From positions 1-64,000 of the IMG/VR virus record IMGVR_UViG_3300048686_000449: a stretch of 64,000 nt of DNA; one strand, 5' to 3'. Source of the stretch: a virus. Shown in pieces: positions 45,964-56,983 of this stretch; the stretch's first letter is position 1; each line of letters starts with the position of its first letter. A program made the position numbers and the translations under genes. The notes below the pieces were generated by a model. That model was not told the DNA's origin. It did not search any database and worked only from the letters and a program-made list of their open reading frames with translations.

Positions 45964-47256
45964 TTATGTGAGTGTATTCCAAGAAATAATCGCGCCAACA
46001 TCTGCGCCATTTGTATCAGATTGTACAACGACTGTGATAATATCACTCGTATTATTTAATGATGCACCTAATGTCGAGCTGAAATCTTCAAGCGATCCAA
46101 TACTAATAGACCCACCCTTCAATGCGGTACTGAAATATCCTCCATCCAGTTCTATTCCCCCCGTAATCGTATTTGCCATGAGATCATATTGCACCGTATT
46201 AGCAGAATGTGTCGTCCATGAAGTGTTCGCAAGAGTGCCATTTTTAATAATTCTATACTTATAGAATGCACTCGTATTATTGCTGCCCACTAATTCAATA
46301 TTAATTGGGTTTACCACACTCTCTTCGCGACCAGGGGCCAGACGAATGGATGTAATCGGATACCAAGTACCCGCTGTTTGCAAATCTTTTAATTGATTGA
46401 TGTGTTGACCCGCATGGTGTGGTTCTGAACGACCTTGATATCCACCCTCAGAGATTACAGTGGAACAGATTTGTTTCATGAAGGCATTAGATGAAGCTGT
46501 CCCTGTATTAAAAACTTCATATCGTAATGGCAAACAGGCAGTGGTTATATATGCGCCCGTCGCCAGATTATCATGATGAAATACATGCGCAACAATCGGT
46601 AAACCGTCAACCACAAACCCACACCGCACATCACCAACACCAAGCCATTCAATATCCAACCAGAAAATTTGAGTCTTCGTTACATCTAATGATGTAGAAT
46701 GATTTGAATTTACTGAATATGCAACTCCAGATCCGTCAAATCGATCAGTATTCCAATCTGTCTGAGGTACACGAGTTTCTACAATTGTTCCACTTGAATT
46801 GGAACGAAGAACAAGATTGACAGTACTATCGGCGCGTTCAAGATAGACACCATTATTCGCACCATAATATCCAACACGCATAGTTGTATTGGCTTGTTCT
46901 GGTCCCATGACAAAGGTATTCATCACAAGAAGCGATTTTCCTGGTTGATAGGCGAATCGTCGATAGGTTTGACGAATAACACTATCAGTGTTTGCAGTTG
47001 AAATCTTTAAATTTACAGACGATTCAGATTCTATAAATGTGATTGTACCCGATCCAGCAGTTGCAGTATCCCATTTTTTATTTTGTTCATATCGATGTAC
47101 TGAGTCAAATAAGGTAAAAGGTTCTGATGTGCGCAATCGACCAAAGGCATCAGTTGTCGTGCCGTTAGGGGTCAATCGACTAGACAACATCATTACTTCG
47201 TAATTCGTTTTTCCTTCGGGACGAATGAGATTTTTGTCAATACGATATTGTGCCAT
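45964..47256 (-). CDS. Putative virion structural protein
   Basis: DAFGRLRTS, YQPGKS, WLGVG.VRCG; beta-rich. Confidence 0.65.
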   Translation of the reverse strand: MAQYRIDKNLIRPEGKTNYEVMMLSSRLTPNGTTTDAFGRLRTSEPFTLFDSVHRYEQNKKWDTATAGSGTITFIESESSVNLKISTANTDSVIRQTYRRFAYQPGKSLLVMNTFVMGPEQANTTMRVGYYGANNGVYLERADSTVNLVLRSNSSGTIVETRVPQTDWNTDRFDGSGVAYSVNSNHSTSLDVTKTQIFWLDIEWLGVGDVRCGFVVDGLPIVAHVFHHDNLATGAYITTACLPLRYEVFNTGTASSNAFMKQICSTVISEGGYQGRSEPHHAGQHINQLKDLQTAGTWYPITSIRLAPGREESVVNPINIELVGSNNTSAFYKYRIIKNGTLANTSWTTHSANTVQYDLMANTITGGIELDGGYFSTALKGGSISIGSLEDFSSTLGASLNNTSDIITVVVQSDTNGADVGAIISWNTLT

Positions 47257-47266
47257 AATTCTCTCG

Positions 47267-47539
47267 CTATTGTAAATATTCGTAAATTGAAAGACTTAAT
47301 TTTGTTGTTCCGCGATGTAGTCGGTGATACACATTCTTGGGAATCACATATGTTTTACCAACATTCAATAGAAATGGCATATGATCTTCTATCTGTAACT
47401 TCCAATTTTTCCCTTCTTTGATCTCAATGAAACGAGTATGATGATCGCGATGCCAAATTAATTCATCATCATTAACTGATACATCAAATACACGAATCCA
47501 AGAATCTTGCGTTTTACAATCTGTATAAGTCATCACCAA
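47267..47539 (-). CDS. Small cupin-like protein
   Basis: LIWHRD...IPKNVYHRL. Confidence 0.6.
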   Translation of the reverse strand: MVMTYTDCKTQDSWIRVFDVSVNDDELIWHRDHHTRFIEIKEGKNWKLQIEDHMPFLLNVGKTYVIPKNVYHRLHRGTTKLSLSIYEYLQ

Positions 47540-48090
47540 AAAAAATTCCCCCCTCCAGATAATCCTAATGCCTTTGCATAACGAGGAGTATTACATGCCC
47601 AATATGCAGCACTCGTTCGATCTTTCTGTGTAGAACATTTATGTCGTGCAGCGAATGACTTTCTTCGTTCAGGATTATTCATCTTTACACTTAATCCTGT
47701 GGTATCACCCCAGGTTACTTTTTTGACGCCACCATCTGGCTTGCGCACATACACATAAAACTTCTTAGGACCTCCGCGTTTTGGCTTATTTAATGGTGGG
47801 GTCGCTTCGTCTTCTTCCGCAATCATTGGACAATCCAATGGAACCATCGTTCCTTCATAGAGTTCAAATTCGCCAATATCAGTTTCTTCTAATAAGATTC
47901 GATCCAGTTCAGATAATTGAATCACACCCTCTAATTGTAATTCGCGAGCCGTCCGAAATAGTTCAAAATACTTTTCAGATCCTACGCGGAAAATATTTTC
48001 CTGAAGCGGAACTTGATTAGTGAGATGCCAATCAAGTGCTTCCGCAATAGTTTGATCGGGTGCTGTATAATAGAATTTAAAAGATTTCAT
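47533..48090 (-). CDS. Conserved T4-like hypothetical protein
   Basis: LNKPKRGGPKKFYVYV...RRKSFAARHKC...AAYWAC. Confidence 0.7.
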   Translation of the reverse strand: MKSFKFYYTAPDQTIAEALDWHLTNQVPLQENIFRVGSEKYFELFRTARELQLEGVIQLSELDRILLEETDIGEFELYEGTMVPLDCPMIAEEDEATPPLNKPKRGGPKKFYVYVRKPDGGVKKVTWGDTTGLSVKMNNPERRKSFAARHKCSTQKDRTSAAYWACNTPRYAKALGLSGGGNFFW

Positions 48091-49940
48091 GATTTCTTTA
48101 TTAAAAACGTTTTACTTTTGACTGGAGCTCCCGCTCGTCCACCCATTTTCATATTCCATTCATCCTTATCAGGACCCCATTGTTGTGGTGTCGTTTCATC
48201 ATACCCATAGGTGGTTTCTTGCATTTTCTTTTTCACTTGTGCAAATGACAATTTCTGTTTAGGCGACTGTTCTAAGGTTTTCAATTTCGTATAGTAATCG
48301 GGACGTTCTTTCAAATGATCTAATGCAATCTTGAGTGCAATATCCTGATCTTTCGTGTGTTCCATTTCTACTTCAATGCCCATTTCTAACTGCGCCATAA
48401 TAGACTTGTGGGAGACTCCATGTTTTTTCGCTAACTGGTCAATCATGGTTTCGCTTTGCTCCTCGATTATCTGCGATTCTTTGATACTGCGTTTTGGATA
48501 GGAATCTACGGGTATCAAACGATTTTCGTGAAGATGATGTGTGATCAGACCGTGTGTGCCATACCGTCCAAATCCATAATATCGCAATCCTAGTTCAGCA
48601 ATTTCATCAGAGAGATCTGGTCTTGGATGATCGGGAAGTGCAGGACGAATTGATTCAAAAAGCTGGTATGCGATTGGATCTTGGGAGTCGCGTGTAAGAA
48701 ACTGATCAATGCGATGACGAATTTGCGTCAATTCAATGTTTTTTGATTCTGTAATCGTCAAATCAATCTGGGGATTCAACAGATCAATTGAGTTATCAAA
48801 TACAATCAAATCTTCTTCAAACAAATCTTTAAAACGATCTAAGGCTTGTTGAGATCGTTCCCATTTTTCATGACGAATTGATTCTGTCATACATCGACCA
48901 CCGCGATGCCCACGAAGTTGATTACGATGTTGAGAACTTTCATCTGTAGTACTCACAAATGTCATCGCTGTGCTATATCCGACTGACTCCAATAGTTCAG
49001 CAATATGCACAATCTTATCCGCATCCTCAGCAGATCCGTTGACAATAATTCCTTGTGACCCTTCCAAGACCAACCGCGATCTCAAATCTGAGATCATCAA
49101 TTTAGAAAGAGATTTTGTGGTTGAGTGCATCAAATGATCATAGATTTTTTCTGCACTTATTTCTGTCAATCCACATCCCTCAAAGACTCGTTTCAAAAGA
49201 AAATCTTTACCTGATCCTGGTCCGCCAACCAAAAACATGGCTTTATAGAGAGGTGGTTCAGGTGTATGAACTGATTCGGTAAGTTTCATGCTATGACGCA
49301 CATCATGATAGAGTTCTTTGGCATGTTGATCCGAGACATGTGTGGGAACACCTTTACGAAATTCTTTGAAGTTGCCCGACTTCGCATGTTCTCGCATCTT
49401 TGATGCACTCATACCTTCGGCTCCTTCAGCATCGGGGTCTCTCTTTCCCGCTGACACTACTTTGATGGACTTGAACTTGTATTCTTTTCCATTATACTTG
49501 TTCAGGAGTTGCTTATACTGATGCGTGCGATCACTTCCTGCGACAAAGACTAAATGTTGATGCCCTGCCTGGTTCAATCGTTTGGCATGATGAATCAGTG
49601 TTGGCTCGTCTTTTGATGCAGCGGTAATCTTAGTGCCAGGAAAGTATCGCTTGAGATGCTTTATTTTTTGACTTGGCGACAGTGGATTCTTTTTAGAGTC
49701 CTGAGAATGGGAGACGACGAGTTCTTTATGATGACCCTCACCCACCTCATGGATCTTATCGACGAGTTTAGCGTGTCCAGTCGTTGGGGGATTCAGCCGC
49801 CCAAATGCCAGAACCGCTGTTGATTCTTTACCTTCAGAATACAGTTTCGGAAAAACTTCGGTGTAGGGCTGCGGAACTACTGAACTGGTGGCAGTGTTCG
49901 CTTTAGGGGAAAATATAGGTTTAGTGCTAAATTTTGACAT
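48087..49940 (-). CDS. HxGH nucleotidyltransferase + P-loop kinase + small C-terminal domain fusion
   Basis: FGRLNPPTTGH, GSDR, MSASKMR; LVGGPGSGKD; GIEVEMEH...DHLKERPDYY. Confidence 0.8.
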   Translation of the reverse strand: MSKFSTKPIFSPKANTATSSVVPQPYTEVFPKLYSEGKESTAVLAFGRLNPPTTGHAKLVDKIHEVGEGHHKELVVSHSQDSKKNPLSPSQKIKHLKRYFPGTKITAASKDEPTLIHHAKRLNQAGHQHLVFVAGSDRTHQYKQLLNKYNGKEYKFKSIKVVSAGKRDPDAEGAEGMSASKMREHAKSGNFKEFRKGVPTHVSDQHAKELYHDVRHSMKLTESVHTPEPPLYKAMFLVGGPGSGKDFLLKRVFEGCGLTEISAEKIYDHLMHSTTKSLSKLMISDLRSRLVLEGSQGIIVNGSAEDADKIVHIAELLESVGYSTAMTFVSTTDESSQHRNQLRGHRGGRCMTESIRHEKWERSQQALDRFKDLFEEDLIVFDNSIDLLNPQIDLTITESKNIELTQIRHRIDQFLTRDSQDPIAYQLFESIRPALPDHPRPDLSDEIAELGLRYYGFGRYGTHGLITHHLHENRLIPVDSYPKRSIKESQIIEEQSETMIDQLAKKHGVSHKSIMAQLEMGIEVEMEHTKDQDIALKIALDHLKERPDYYTKLKTLEQSPKQKLSFAQVKKKMQETTYGYDETTPQQWGPDKDEWNMKMGGRAGAPVKSKTFLIKKS

Positions 49941-49971
49941 TTTTCGCCTCTACAGCAAATAGTCTCTACTA

Positions 49972-50946
49972 CTATTTAGTCTTTTTGAGAGTTGCCACCG
50001 CTAAAATATCATCAACAGTATTCCCTATCAAATGGGTGGAGTGAAGGCGGCGAGATCCTGCCACCAGTTGTTCACAATTCACGGTGTAAGTCTTTAGAAT
50101 CTCCTTTAATTGAGATTCGGACTCATAGACTGTTCCGAACTGTTTCAATAATCGCGCTCCCGCAATATTACGAGCAATCCAAGGAGTCTGATTTAGCATA
50201 CACTCTAATAGAACCAATCCAAAACCTTCTTCGCTTGAGTTCATAATATAGACATCCGCATCGGCAATAGCATTCGCTACATCGCTCTCCCTTTCTAACA
50301 TCAACGGAAGCACACGAGATGAGGCGGTTGGCATCAGATCCATTGAATTGTCATATCCAGTCGTGACCAGAATCGCATTTTCAAGATTCGCTTGTTCAAA
50401 GGTCTGAGCTAATTCCCGCATCCGTTTATTGGGCCAATACCCACCACAGGACAAAAAGAGTCGTGTTGTATTTGGAATTCCGTATTTCTCGCGAAAAAGT
50501 CCACGGGTTCCTGTACGTCGATTCGGATCAATTCCATGACGCACGACATAAGCGCGATCCCCAGCCTTATACTTAGAGACATGATCCCAATCTTCAATCG
50601 TTGAACATCCAATCGCTGCAGCATAATTCATGGCCAACTGACACACAGGACTATCAGAGGGTTTAATAATCAGATATAACACCGGCGAGGTCAGACGAGG
50701 AATGGCTGACAATACAGCGTTTTGAACATGAACATCTCCACCATGGACCACGATCAAATCAAATGACTCATTAAAGATAATTCCATCTGAGGTGACTCGA
50801 ACGCCATTTAAATCCCCATCGTGTTTCCCCGTAAAGACTGTGACCTCATGACCTCGACGTTGACATTCTTCAGCCATCCATTGGACATAATATTCAGATC
50901 CCCCAGGGAATGGAGCATAACGATGAACCACAAAGCAGAGTTTCAT
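49972..50946 (-). CDS. Glycosyltransferase family 4
   Basis: PGGSE...EEGFGLVLLE. Confidence 0.88.
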   Translation of the reverse strand: MKLCFVVHRYAPFPGGSEYYVQWMAEECQRRGHEVTVFTGKHDGDLNGVRVTSDGIIFNESFDLIVVHGGDVHVQNAVLSAIPRLTSPVLYLIIKPSDSPVCQLAMNYAAAIGCSTIEDWDHVSKYKAGDRAYVVRHGIDPNRRTGTRGLFREKYGIPNTTRLFLSCGGYWPNKRMRELAQTFEQANLENAILVTTGYDNSMDLMPTASSRVLPLMLERESDVANAIADADVYIMNSSEEGFGLVLLECMLNQTPWIARNIAGARLLKQFGTVYESESQLKEILKTYTVNCEQLVAGSRRLHSTHLIGNTVDDILAVATLKKTK

Positions 50947-51091
50947 TTGGATTCCCCTATCTTTTCGTCAATCAGTTCCCAGATCAATTCTCGCAAGTCT
51001 TTGAGTCCATCTTGACTAATGGGCGATCCAAAACGAACGGAGGAATCAAGAGACTGATGCCACTGTCGCAGTTGTTTGAGTTGAACGTCGG

Positions 51092-51811
51092 TCATACTTT
51101 TTCCGTTCTCAACCAGAGCCATTGTGGATGCTCATCTTTACATGGTTCCGTCAGCACAATATCCGTATGGTGAAATCCAGCCGTTTCGACATCCTGCGTC
51201 AAGACAGACAAATCTTCGACTCGCACATCCTTATTCACAAATTCATCATCGTGCGCAAACGTCTCAGCAAAATAATCAACCGAACGAGGATGTCCAGGTC
51301 CATATCCAGTTTGAAAACAGAAATACCCACCTGGCTTCAGCACGCGATTGACTTCTTTATAAAGATTGAGTCGAACTGCGCGTGATGTAATGTGTTGATG
51401 AGAAATCACCATAAACACAATATCATAACTGGCATTCCCAATCATCGGAAGCGACTTGCCATCCATGGCCCATAGATTCGGAATCGGCACTCCTGCGTCT
51501 GTTAGATTGATTCGTGCTTTGATCAAGGTATCAGGAGCGATATCGACGCCATCAATCCGCGCAAACCAGTCACGAAAGAGAATCATATTGCGTCCAGGAC
51601 CACACCCGATTTCCAAGACCACTTTATCTTTCGTATTCTGAATTCCACGAAACAGATGAGTCTTATAATAGGGGAAACTATTATGGAAATCATACCAACC
51701 GACAACAGGATTCTTATTCTGTAGGGACCAGGTTTGAGAAATCCCATTCCAGAAATCTGATTGTCGTTTCAGAAACGATCCTTCACTCATCTTAGACATA
51801 AAGCCCCCCAT
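51092..51811 (-). CDS. Class I SAM-dependent methyltransferase
   Basis: VLEIGCGPG, GVDI, VLKPGG. Confidence 0.88.
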   Translation of the reverse strand: MGGFMSKMSEGSFLKRQSDFWNGISQTWSLQNKNPVVGWYDFHNSFPYYKTHLFRGIQNTKDKVVLEIGCGPGRNMILFRDWFARIDGVDIAPDTLIKARINLTDAGVPIPNLWAMDGKSLPMIGNASYDIVFMVISHQHITSRAVRLNLYKEVNRVLKPGGYFCFQTGYGPGHPRSVDYFAETFAHDDEFVNKDVRVEDLSVLTQDVETAGFHHTDIVLTEPCKDEHPQWLWLRTEKV

Positions 51812-52598
51812 TCAAATATTTCGTTGTAAACCACGGATACCAATCGATCTCAGGAATCTGCGATGGAGTGGTGTATTGAATCATACTCCCAATCCCATTG
51901 ATGCCATTTCCTGGCGCATCCCATTTCGCTTTGAAATGCGATTGTGATTGGTGTAGAGCAGTGTTTCTTCGATTCAATTTTCCTTCTGTTTCTTCGTGCT
52001 GATTCACATAGGTAGAATCAACAGCCTTGGCGTGAATATCAGTCGGAATAATTCTTCCCACGCCAATATCATTATGCGTAAATCCCCAGTCGTGACTGTC
52101 TGTCACTGAGAGACGATCACGATCATAACTGATCCAGATACGTTTGAGGAAATCCGCATCCCCACAATAACATCCCAAATAGCGTTCATCAAACCATCCT
52201 GCCTTTTGTAACACAGATTTGGTCAGATAAAAGAACTGATCTCCCGCAGGACCCCAAATCAGATCATACTTGGGCATATTCTCTTCGAGCAACGCACGAA
52301 ATGCTGCAGGATTCGTGATGCAAGTATCATCCTGAATACAAATTATTCGTTCTTCCGTTTTGAATGCTTTGAGAAAGATGTTATTCCAAGATCGCGCACA
52401 ATACGAATTCGATTCTGGATCTGACAATGTATTATAGATGATATGGAGTCGTTCTTGTTTCAATAACTCGTGATTCTCTTCAGTCAATTCAATGACTGGA
52501 TGATTAGAAAAAATATGAACATCAGCCCAATCCTTGAACGCATTGATCTGCCGGTTGAGAGCTTGAGGACGATTGAATGTCAAAATCCAAACTTGCAT
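51792..52598 (-). CDS. Glycosyltransferase family 2-like
   Basis: ILTFNRP, QDD, GWFDERY, GDAD. Confidence 0.75.
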   Translation of the reverse strand: MQVWILTFNRPQALNRQINAFKDWADVHIFSNHPVIELTEENHELLKQERLHIIYNTLSDPESNSYCARSWNNIFLKAFKTEERIICIQDDTCITNPAAFRALLEENMPKYDLIWGPAGDQFFYLTKSVLQKAGWFDERYLGCYCGDADFLKRIWISYDRDRLSVTDSHDWGFTHNDIGVGRIIPTDIHAKAVDSTYVNQHEETEGKLNRRNTALHQSQSHFKAKWDAPGNGINGIGSMIQYTTPSQIPEIDWYPWFTTKYLNGGLYV

Positions 52599-52610
52599 TC
52601 TTTACTCCCA

Positions 52611-53984
52611 TCACTTATGATGTTGAAGAAACACTTGTAAATCTTCAGGTACACCGAGTCCCCACATTTCTTCAACAGACTTGACACGAATCCGTTTTCC
52701 ATCCTCAATCGCTTGGTTGAACACGGGGCACACATAAAATTCATTATTGAATCGAATATTTCGTTCAATCATCTGTTCGGCATACTTGACATAATCCGAA
52801 CCTTTACGCCAATAGTAGATACCTACCGTTGCAATATTGGAGATCGGTTTCTTTTCTGCAACCTCTTTCACAAATCCGTGTTCATCCAACGCCGCATAGG
52901 ACCATTTAGGATGGGTCGCGGTAAAGGTCAGAATGCCACCATCAATCCCATCAGCGGTAAACGCATAGAGACATTCATTAGAGTTCCATTTCACAAATTG
53001 ATCGGAGTTCGCAATCACCAAGGGATTGTCATTGTTGATAAACTCTTTTGCTAAAAGAGTGGTACACGCAGCACCCTGCGTGACGCCATCGACTTGCACA
53101 ATCGTCACATTATCGGACAACAGATTCAACAAATACTTGAGATTATACTTTTCATAATGTTCTTTCTGAACCAGAAAGATATAATTGGCTTCAATGTTCA
53201 GGTTTTCGACTACCACCTGAATCATCGGCTTGCCGTTCACTTCAATGAGTGGCTTAGGAAACGTATATCCTGCTGCCGCAAATCGTGATCCAGCCCCAGC
53301 CATCGGAATCAACACATTCATCTTTTTGTCGCGCCACGGAATCGACTGCGACCGATCTTGGTGTTCAAACTGATCCATCCATGCCATAAAACGATCCTCC
53401 TTCAAATCAGCAACATTTTCTACAGGATACAGATGCGCACCAGAATCCAATGCGCCTTGACGACCAATATGACTATCTTCAATAATGACTGTATGTTTAG
53501 GCAACACTTTCATCGCCGTCATACATTGCCAATACATTTCTGGAAAAGGTTTCGGGTGACCCACATCCTCATTGCTCACAATATGATTTACATAAGGCAG
53601 CAAGCCAATCGCATTGAGTGCAGTCTTGATGGTCTCCCGAATCGCATTACTGGCGACTGCGATTTTCCATCCACGCTTCTGTAACGCAATCGCAATATTG
53701 ATCGCAGTCACATTCATCTGAAGATTGGATAATAATTTGACGGTGTACTCTTGTTTCAATTTCCAAATCACATCAAACAGAGTGCGAGGCAACCCTCTGG
53801 TCTCTGCTAATTTTTCCAGCTTCTTCGTGGTGGGTAATCCATCAAACACACTCAGGTGATCTTCACGACTAATCACATAGGATTCATCGAATGCCGCGAG
53901 TGCGTGATTCAGAGCTTCAAAATGTGCGTCACGTGAATCAATCAAGACTCCATCCAAATCAAAAATCAACAGTTTAGTGAGCAT
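52611..53984 (-). CDS. HAD phosphatase / sugar-nucleotidyltransferase fusion
   Basis: IFDLDGVL, KPFP, IEDS; IPMAGAGSRF...PKPLI. Confidence 0.88.
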   Translation of the reverse strand: MLTKLLIFDLDGVLIDSRDAHFEALNHALAAFDESYVISREDHLSVFDGLPTTKKLEKLAETRGLPRTLFDVIWKLKQEYTVKLLSNLQMNVTAINIAIALQKRGWKIAVASNAIRETIKTALNAIGLLPYVNHIVSNEDVGHPKPFPEMYWQCMTAMKVLPKHTVIIEDSHIGRQGALDSGAHLYPVENVADLKEDRFMAWMDQFEHQDRSQSIPWRDKKMNVLIPMAGAGSRFAAAGYTFPKPLIEVNGKPMIQVVVENLNIEANYIFLVQKEHYEKYNLKYLLNLLSDNVTIVQVDGVTQGAACTTLLAKEFINNDNPLVIANSDQFVKWNSNECLYAFTADGIDGGILTFTATHPKWSYAALDEHGFVKEVAEKKPISNIATVGIYYWRKGSDYVKYAEQMIERNIRFNNEFYVCPVFNQAIEDGKRIRVKSVEEMWGLGVPEDLQVFLQHHK

Positions 53985-54597
53985 CGCGATGTACCTTATT
54001 ATGACGCACAATAGCGTTTCCGTTACAGACCAATTTACAAGTTTTTCTCACACGAAGAGACCACTCAATATCTTCTGCTGATCCCCACATCATCTGTTCA
54101 TTCAGTGGATATTGAATCGCAATTTTCTTTTTTAGAAGATAGTATCCCCCTGAGATGTACATATACTGCGTCAGTTCCCATTCATTATAATCAATCGGTG
54201 TATAACGAGGGATGGTCGGATGATCCCACATGACCCAATCGGTGAAGTGGCGTTTTCCCGTAATCAACAGCTGCTGATTGGAACAAATATCCCAGTCCTC
54301 ACCAAAAGTTAAAAATTGATCATACCAGTTCCGATCAAAGACATAATAATCATGCATCAAGACAATATTGTCATACTCAGCTTGTTGACAAAGAATATTT
54401 TTCTTTCGAGTAATCCAACCAGGGCGAACAGATTCATCAAATCCAAGACACCGCACCCGTCCATTTTTTCCATCTCGACCAGGACCAATAATCAAGACTT
54501 CATAATGAGGGATGTGTAAATTGCGAATGGAGTTGACGATTTCATCCAGTCGCCCTTCATTAGAATAATCAGTAGTGATTGCAAAGGTAAAATTCAT
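53974..54597 (-). CDS. Glycosyltransferase (GT-A-like)
   Basis: WITRKKN, MHDY, EDIEWS. Confidence 0.7.
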   Translation of the reverse strand: MNFTFAITTDYSNEGRLDEIVNSIRNLHIPHYEVLIIGPGRDGKNGRVRCLGFDESVRPGWITRKKNILCQQAEYDNIVLMHDYYVFDRNWYDQFLTFGEDWDICSNQQLLITGKRHFTDWVMWDHPTIPRYTPIDYNEWELTQYMYISGGYYLLKKKIAIQYPLNEQMMWGSAEDIEWSLRVRKTCKLVCNGNAIVRHNKVHRDAH

Positions 54598-55460
54598 TCA
54601 GCATACTTCGCGTCAATCATCGACTTCCATTCTGGCACTCGATCATATTGATGCACAAGATAGTAGGGATCACCATGTTCAGTACAAATCAATCCATCTT
54701 TGAGAATTGGTTCGCCCTCAGTCAGGAAGGGACGAAACTCAGACACTTTATTAGGATCTTTGGTGGTACCTAACTGCGCAGCCCATGCTTCATTAGCAGC
54801 GGTGAATCGAGTGATGCTTTTATAGGCGCGAGTATTTAACAATATATTTACAGCCGCTTGATCTGCTCCTCCGCCACCAGGAACATGAAGAGGTGCGCCT
54901 AAACAGGTTAAGTAAACATTCAAAAAGAAATCCAGAAGATGAGAGAATCGACCAGAGATAGTCCCAGCATTATAAATGAGATTATTCTGAAACTGATCAT
55001 AGATTAGAGGCCCAAATGATTGATAAAGATTATTCCGACCCCATGGTTCATCTTTATAATGAATCGATTCACAAGCCACATTGATCTTCCACGGATCAAT
55101 AAGATTATCTTCAAGCCACTCTGAAGGATTGCGCTGAAAGATCACATCTTTGACATCCGTTGCGATCACATACCGATAGTCAGATTTGTTTTCCAGACGA
55201 TTAAGAAAATACCAAAGATGCAGAAAGCGTTCTCGCACGATATTGAATTCACCTGAATATACGAGATCTTTCGTTTCTGGATCTTGATTGAATGCAAGAA
55301 TCGCATAGCCACGCCGTGCAAGTTCCTGCGCCACGTCGAACTTGATATTATAACACAGCATCGCCTTGGTTCCTTTGAACCCACAGCGATCTAATGAATT
55401 GACCCAATTCTTAATTTGAGAAAAAGAATACCCTGTTACTGCACCAATCACAAGATCCAT
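54594..55460 (-). CDS. Glycosyltransferase-like protein
   Basis: RF...TDVKDVIFQ, NAGT, DQA, HQYDR. Confidence 0.7.
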   Translation of the reverse strand: MDLVIGAVTGYSFSQIKNWVNSLDRCGFKGTKAMLCYNIKFDVAQELARRGYAILAFNQDPETKDLVYSGEFNIVRERFLHLWYFLNRLENKSDYRYVIATDVKDVIFQRNPSEWLEDNLIDPWKINVACESIHYKDEPWGRNNLYQSFGPLIYDQFQNNLIYNAGTISGRFSHLLDFFLNVYLTCLGAPLHVPGGGGADQAAVNILLNTRAYKSITRFTAANEAWAAQLGTTKDPNKVSEFRPFLTEGEPILKDGLICTEHGDPYYLVHQYDRVPEWKSMIDAKYAE

Positions 55461-55480
55461 AATTACCTCATTATCTACTC

Positions 55481-55618
55481 TTATTTAGTGGACTGCCCTG
55501 GAGTCTCCTCTTGATACTTTTTGACCACTTCAGACCGACCCCATTCCCCTGCTCCTGCTTTGGACACAAAATCCTGCTTGGGTTTATACTTTGCGATATA
55601 TTTCTTGAACTGAAGCAT
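55481..55618 (-). CDS. Small protein (45 aa)
   Basis: Manual translation: MLQFKKYIAKY...GAGEWGRSEVVKKYQEETPGQ. Confidence 0.55.
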   Translation of the reverse strand: MLQFKKYIAKYKPKQDFVSKAGAGEWGRSEVVKKYQEETPGQSTK

Positions 55619-55632
55619 AAAAACTCAAATAT

Positions 55633-55720
55633 TATAAATAGATGTGGGTCGCGATGCTACTAACATCCACCCACTCTAACACCATAGCTTTAGAAGGGAG
55701 TGTCAGCATGTCTATTTATA
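55633..55720 (+). repeat. Endonuclease-associated structured element, copy B
   Basis: TATAAATAGA...TCTATTTATA terminal inverted repeat; interior matches 24464-24549. Confidence 0.85.
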
Positions 55721-56370
55721 ATACTACAAACAACATCTCAAGTCAAGAAACCCAATACAAGTTCTATGTCTACGCTTATCTGAGAAAGCGAAACGGAACT
55801 CCATATTACATCGGAAAAGGTAAAGGTCGTCGTGTATATGCTACTCATAAAGGAATTTCTATTCCTTCAGATCGTTCTAAAATTATATTTCTAGAAAAGA
55901 ATCTAAGTGAAGTTGGTGCGTTCGCATTAGAAAGAAGATATATCAGATGGTATGGAAGAAAAGATCTGGGAACAGGAATCCTTCTCAATAAAACAGACGG
56001 CGGAGAGGGAACAGATAACATCTCACCTGAAACAAGAAAAAAGCGATCAGAATCAAGAAAAAGATGGTGTAAAGAAAATCCAAATTCAAATCCAATGAAT
56101 AATCCAAAATATCGCGAAAAAATCAGCAAATCTTTGACAGGAAGACATCATTCACCAGAAACTATAGAAAAACTCAAAAAGTCTCATAAAGGAATGACTG
56201 GAAGAAGACACTCTGATGAAACACGAGCGAAAATATCAGAAACTAAGAAAAGAAAATGGCAAAATCCAGAATTCAGACAAAAAATGATGAGTGTGCTTCA
56301 AGGAACAGAATATAGAGAAAAAATGTCCAAAACTATGAAGGAACTCTTGTCAACGCAAGAATCTTCTTGA
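55708..56370 (+). CDS. GIY-YIG homing endonuclease with NUMOD3-like repeats
   Basis: FYVYAYLR...PYYIGKG, E...[10 protein letters not shown]; HSPETIEK / [10 protein letters not shown] repeats. Start set at MSIY after GGAG. Confidence 0.88.
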   Translation: MSIYNTTNNISSQETQYKFYVYAYLRKRNGTPYYIGKGKGRRVYATHKGISIPSDRSKIIFLEKNLSEVGAFALERRYIRWYGRKDLGTGILLNKTDGGEGTDNISPETRKKRSESRKRWCKENPNSNPMNNPKYREKISKSLTGRHHSPETIEKLKKSHKGMTGRRHSDETRAKISETKKRKWQNPEFRQKMMSVLQGTEYREKMSKTMKELLSTQESS

Positions 56371-56611
56371 TGACATCTTCTAGAATTTTGGCCCTCCCAG
56401 GCCAGTAGATATACGCCTTATCAGAAGTCTTCAACATCTTCACGAGAAACGGCATTACCATCTTTTCCACTTGCTGAAGGCGGTCTTTGAGTTCATCGAC
56501 GGTATCAGCAGATTCGTTGATAACTTTATTGTACTCTTCTTCTGAGACAGCAGAAAATCCAAATGCATCATCGTCGTATTCTTGAAGAATTTGTGAGAGA
56601 TCAATCGCCAT
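56333..56611 (-). CDS. Conserved T4-like hypothetical protein
   Basis: FGFSAVSE...YIYWPGR. Confidence 0.7.
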   Translation of the reverse strand: MAIDLSQILQEYDDDAFGFSAVSEEEYNKVINESADTVDELKDRLQQVEKMVMPFLVKMLKTSDKAYIYWPGRAKILEDVIKKILALTRVPS

Positions 56612-56982
56612 TATTTTTTCTCCGGTTCGCACGACAAATTTGTGCCTGAAAGTTTTGAATATCCTACAATCACTGTAAAACCATACGGTCGAATGGGATT
56701 AGGATCAATATACGCAAACAGAATCCGATAGCGTTCATCATCGACAGTTTTTCGATCCAGAGATGCGCTAATAATTCGCACTTCCACAACAATCTGCCCT
56801 GCAGAGTCTGGGGCCATCTCCTCGATAACCCACGTATAAGATCGAGGACCACCATGCTTTGTATTGTTCTGAATGAATCGTTCGATGAGCGTCGGAATAT
56901 CGCGTTCCATTTCCGCAGGGGTCATAGCCCAAGCAGAAACGGAGAGAAGCGACCATATTAGGAAAACGAGTATCCAACGCAT
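56611..56982 (-). CDS. Secreted hypothetical protein
   Basis: Signal peptide MRWILVFLIWSLLSVSAWA. Confidence 0.6.
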   Translation of the reverse strand: MRWILVFLIWSLLSVSAWAMTPAEMERDIPTLIERFIQNNTKHGGPRSYTWVIEEMAPDSAGQIVVEVRIISASLDRKTVDDERYRILFAYIDPNPIRPYGFTVIVGYSKLSGTNLSCEPEKK

Positions 56983-56983
56983 A

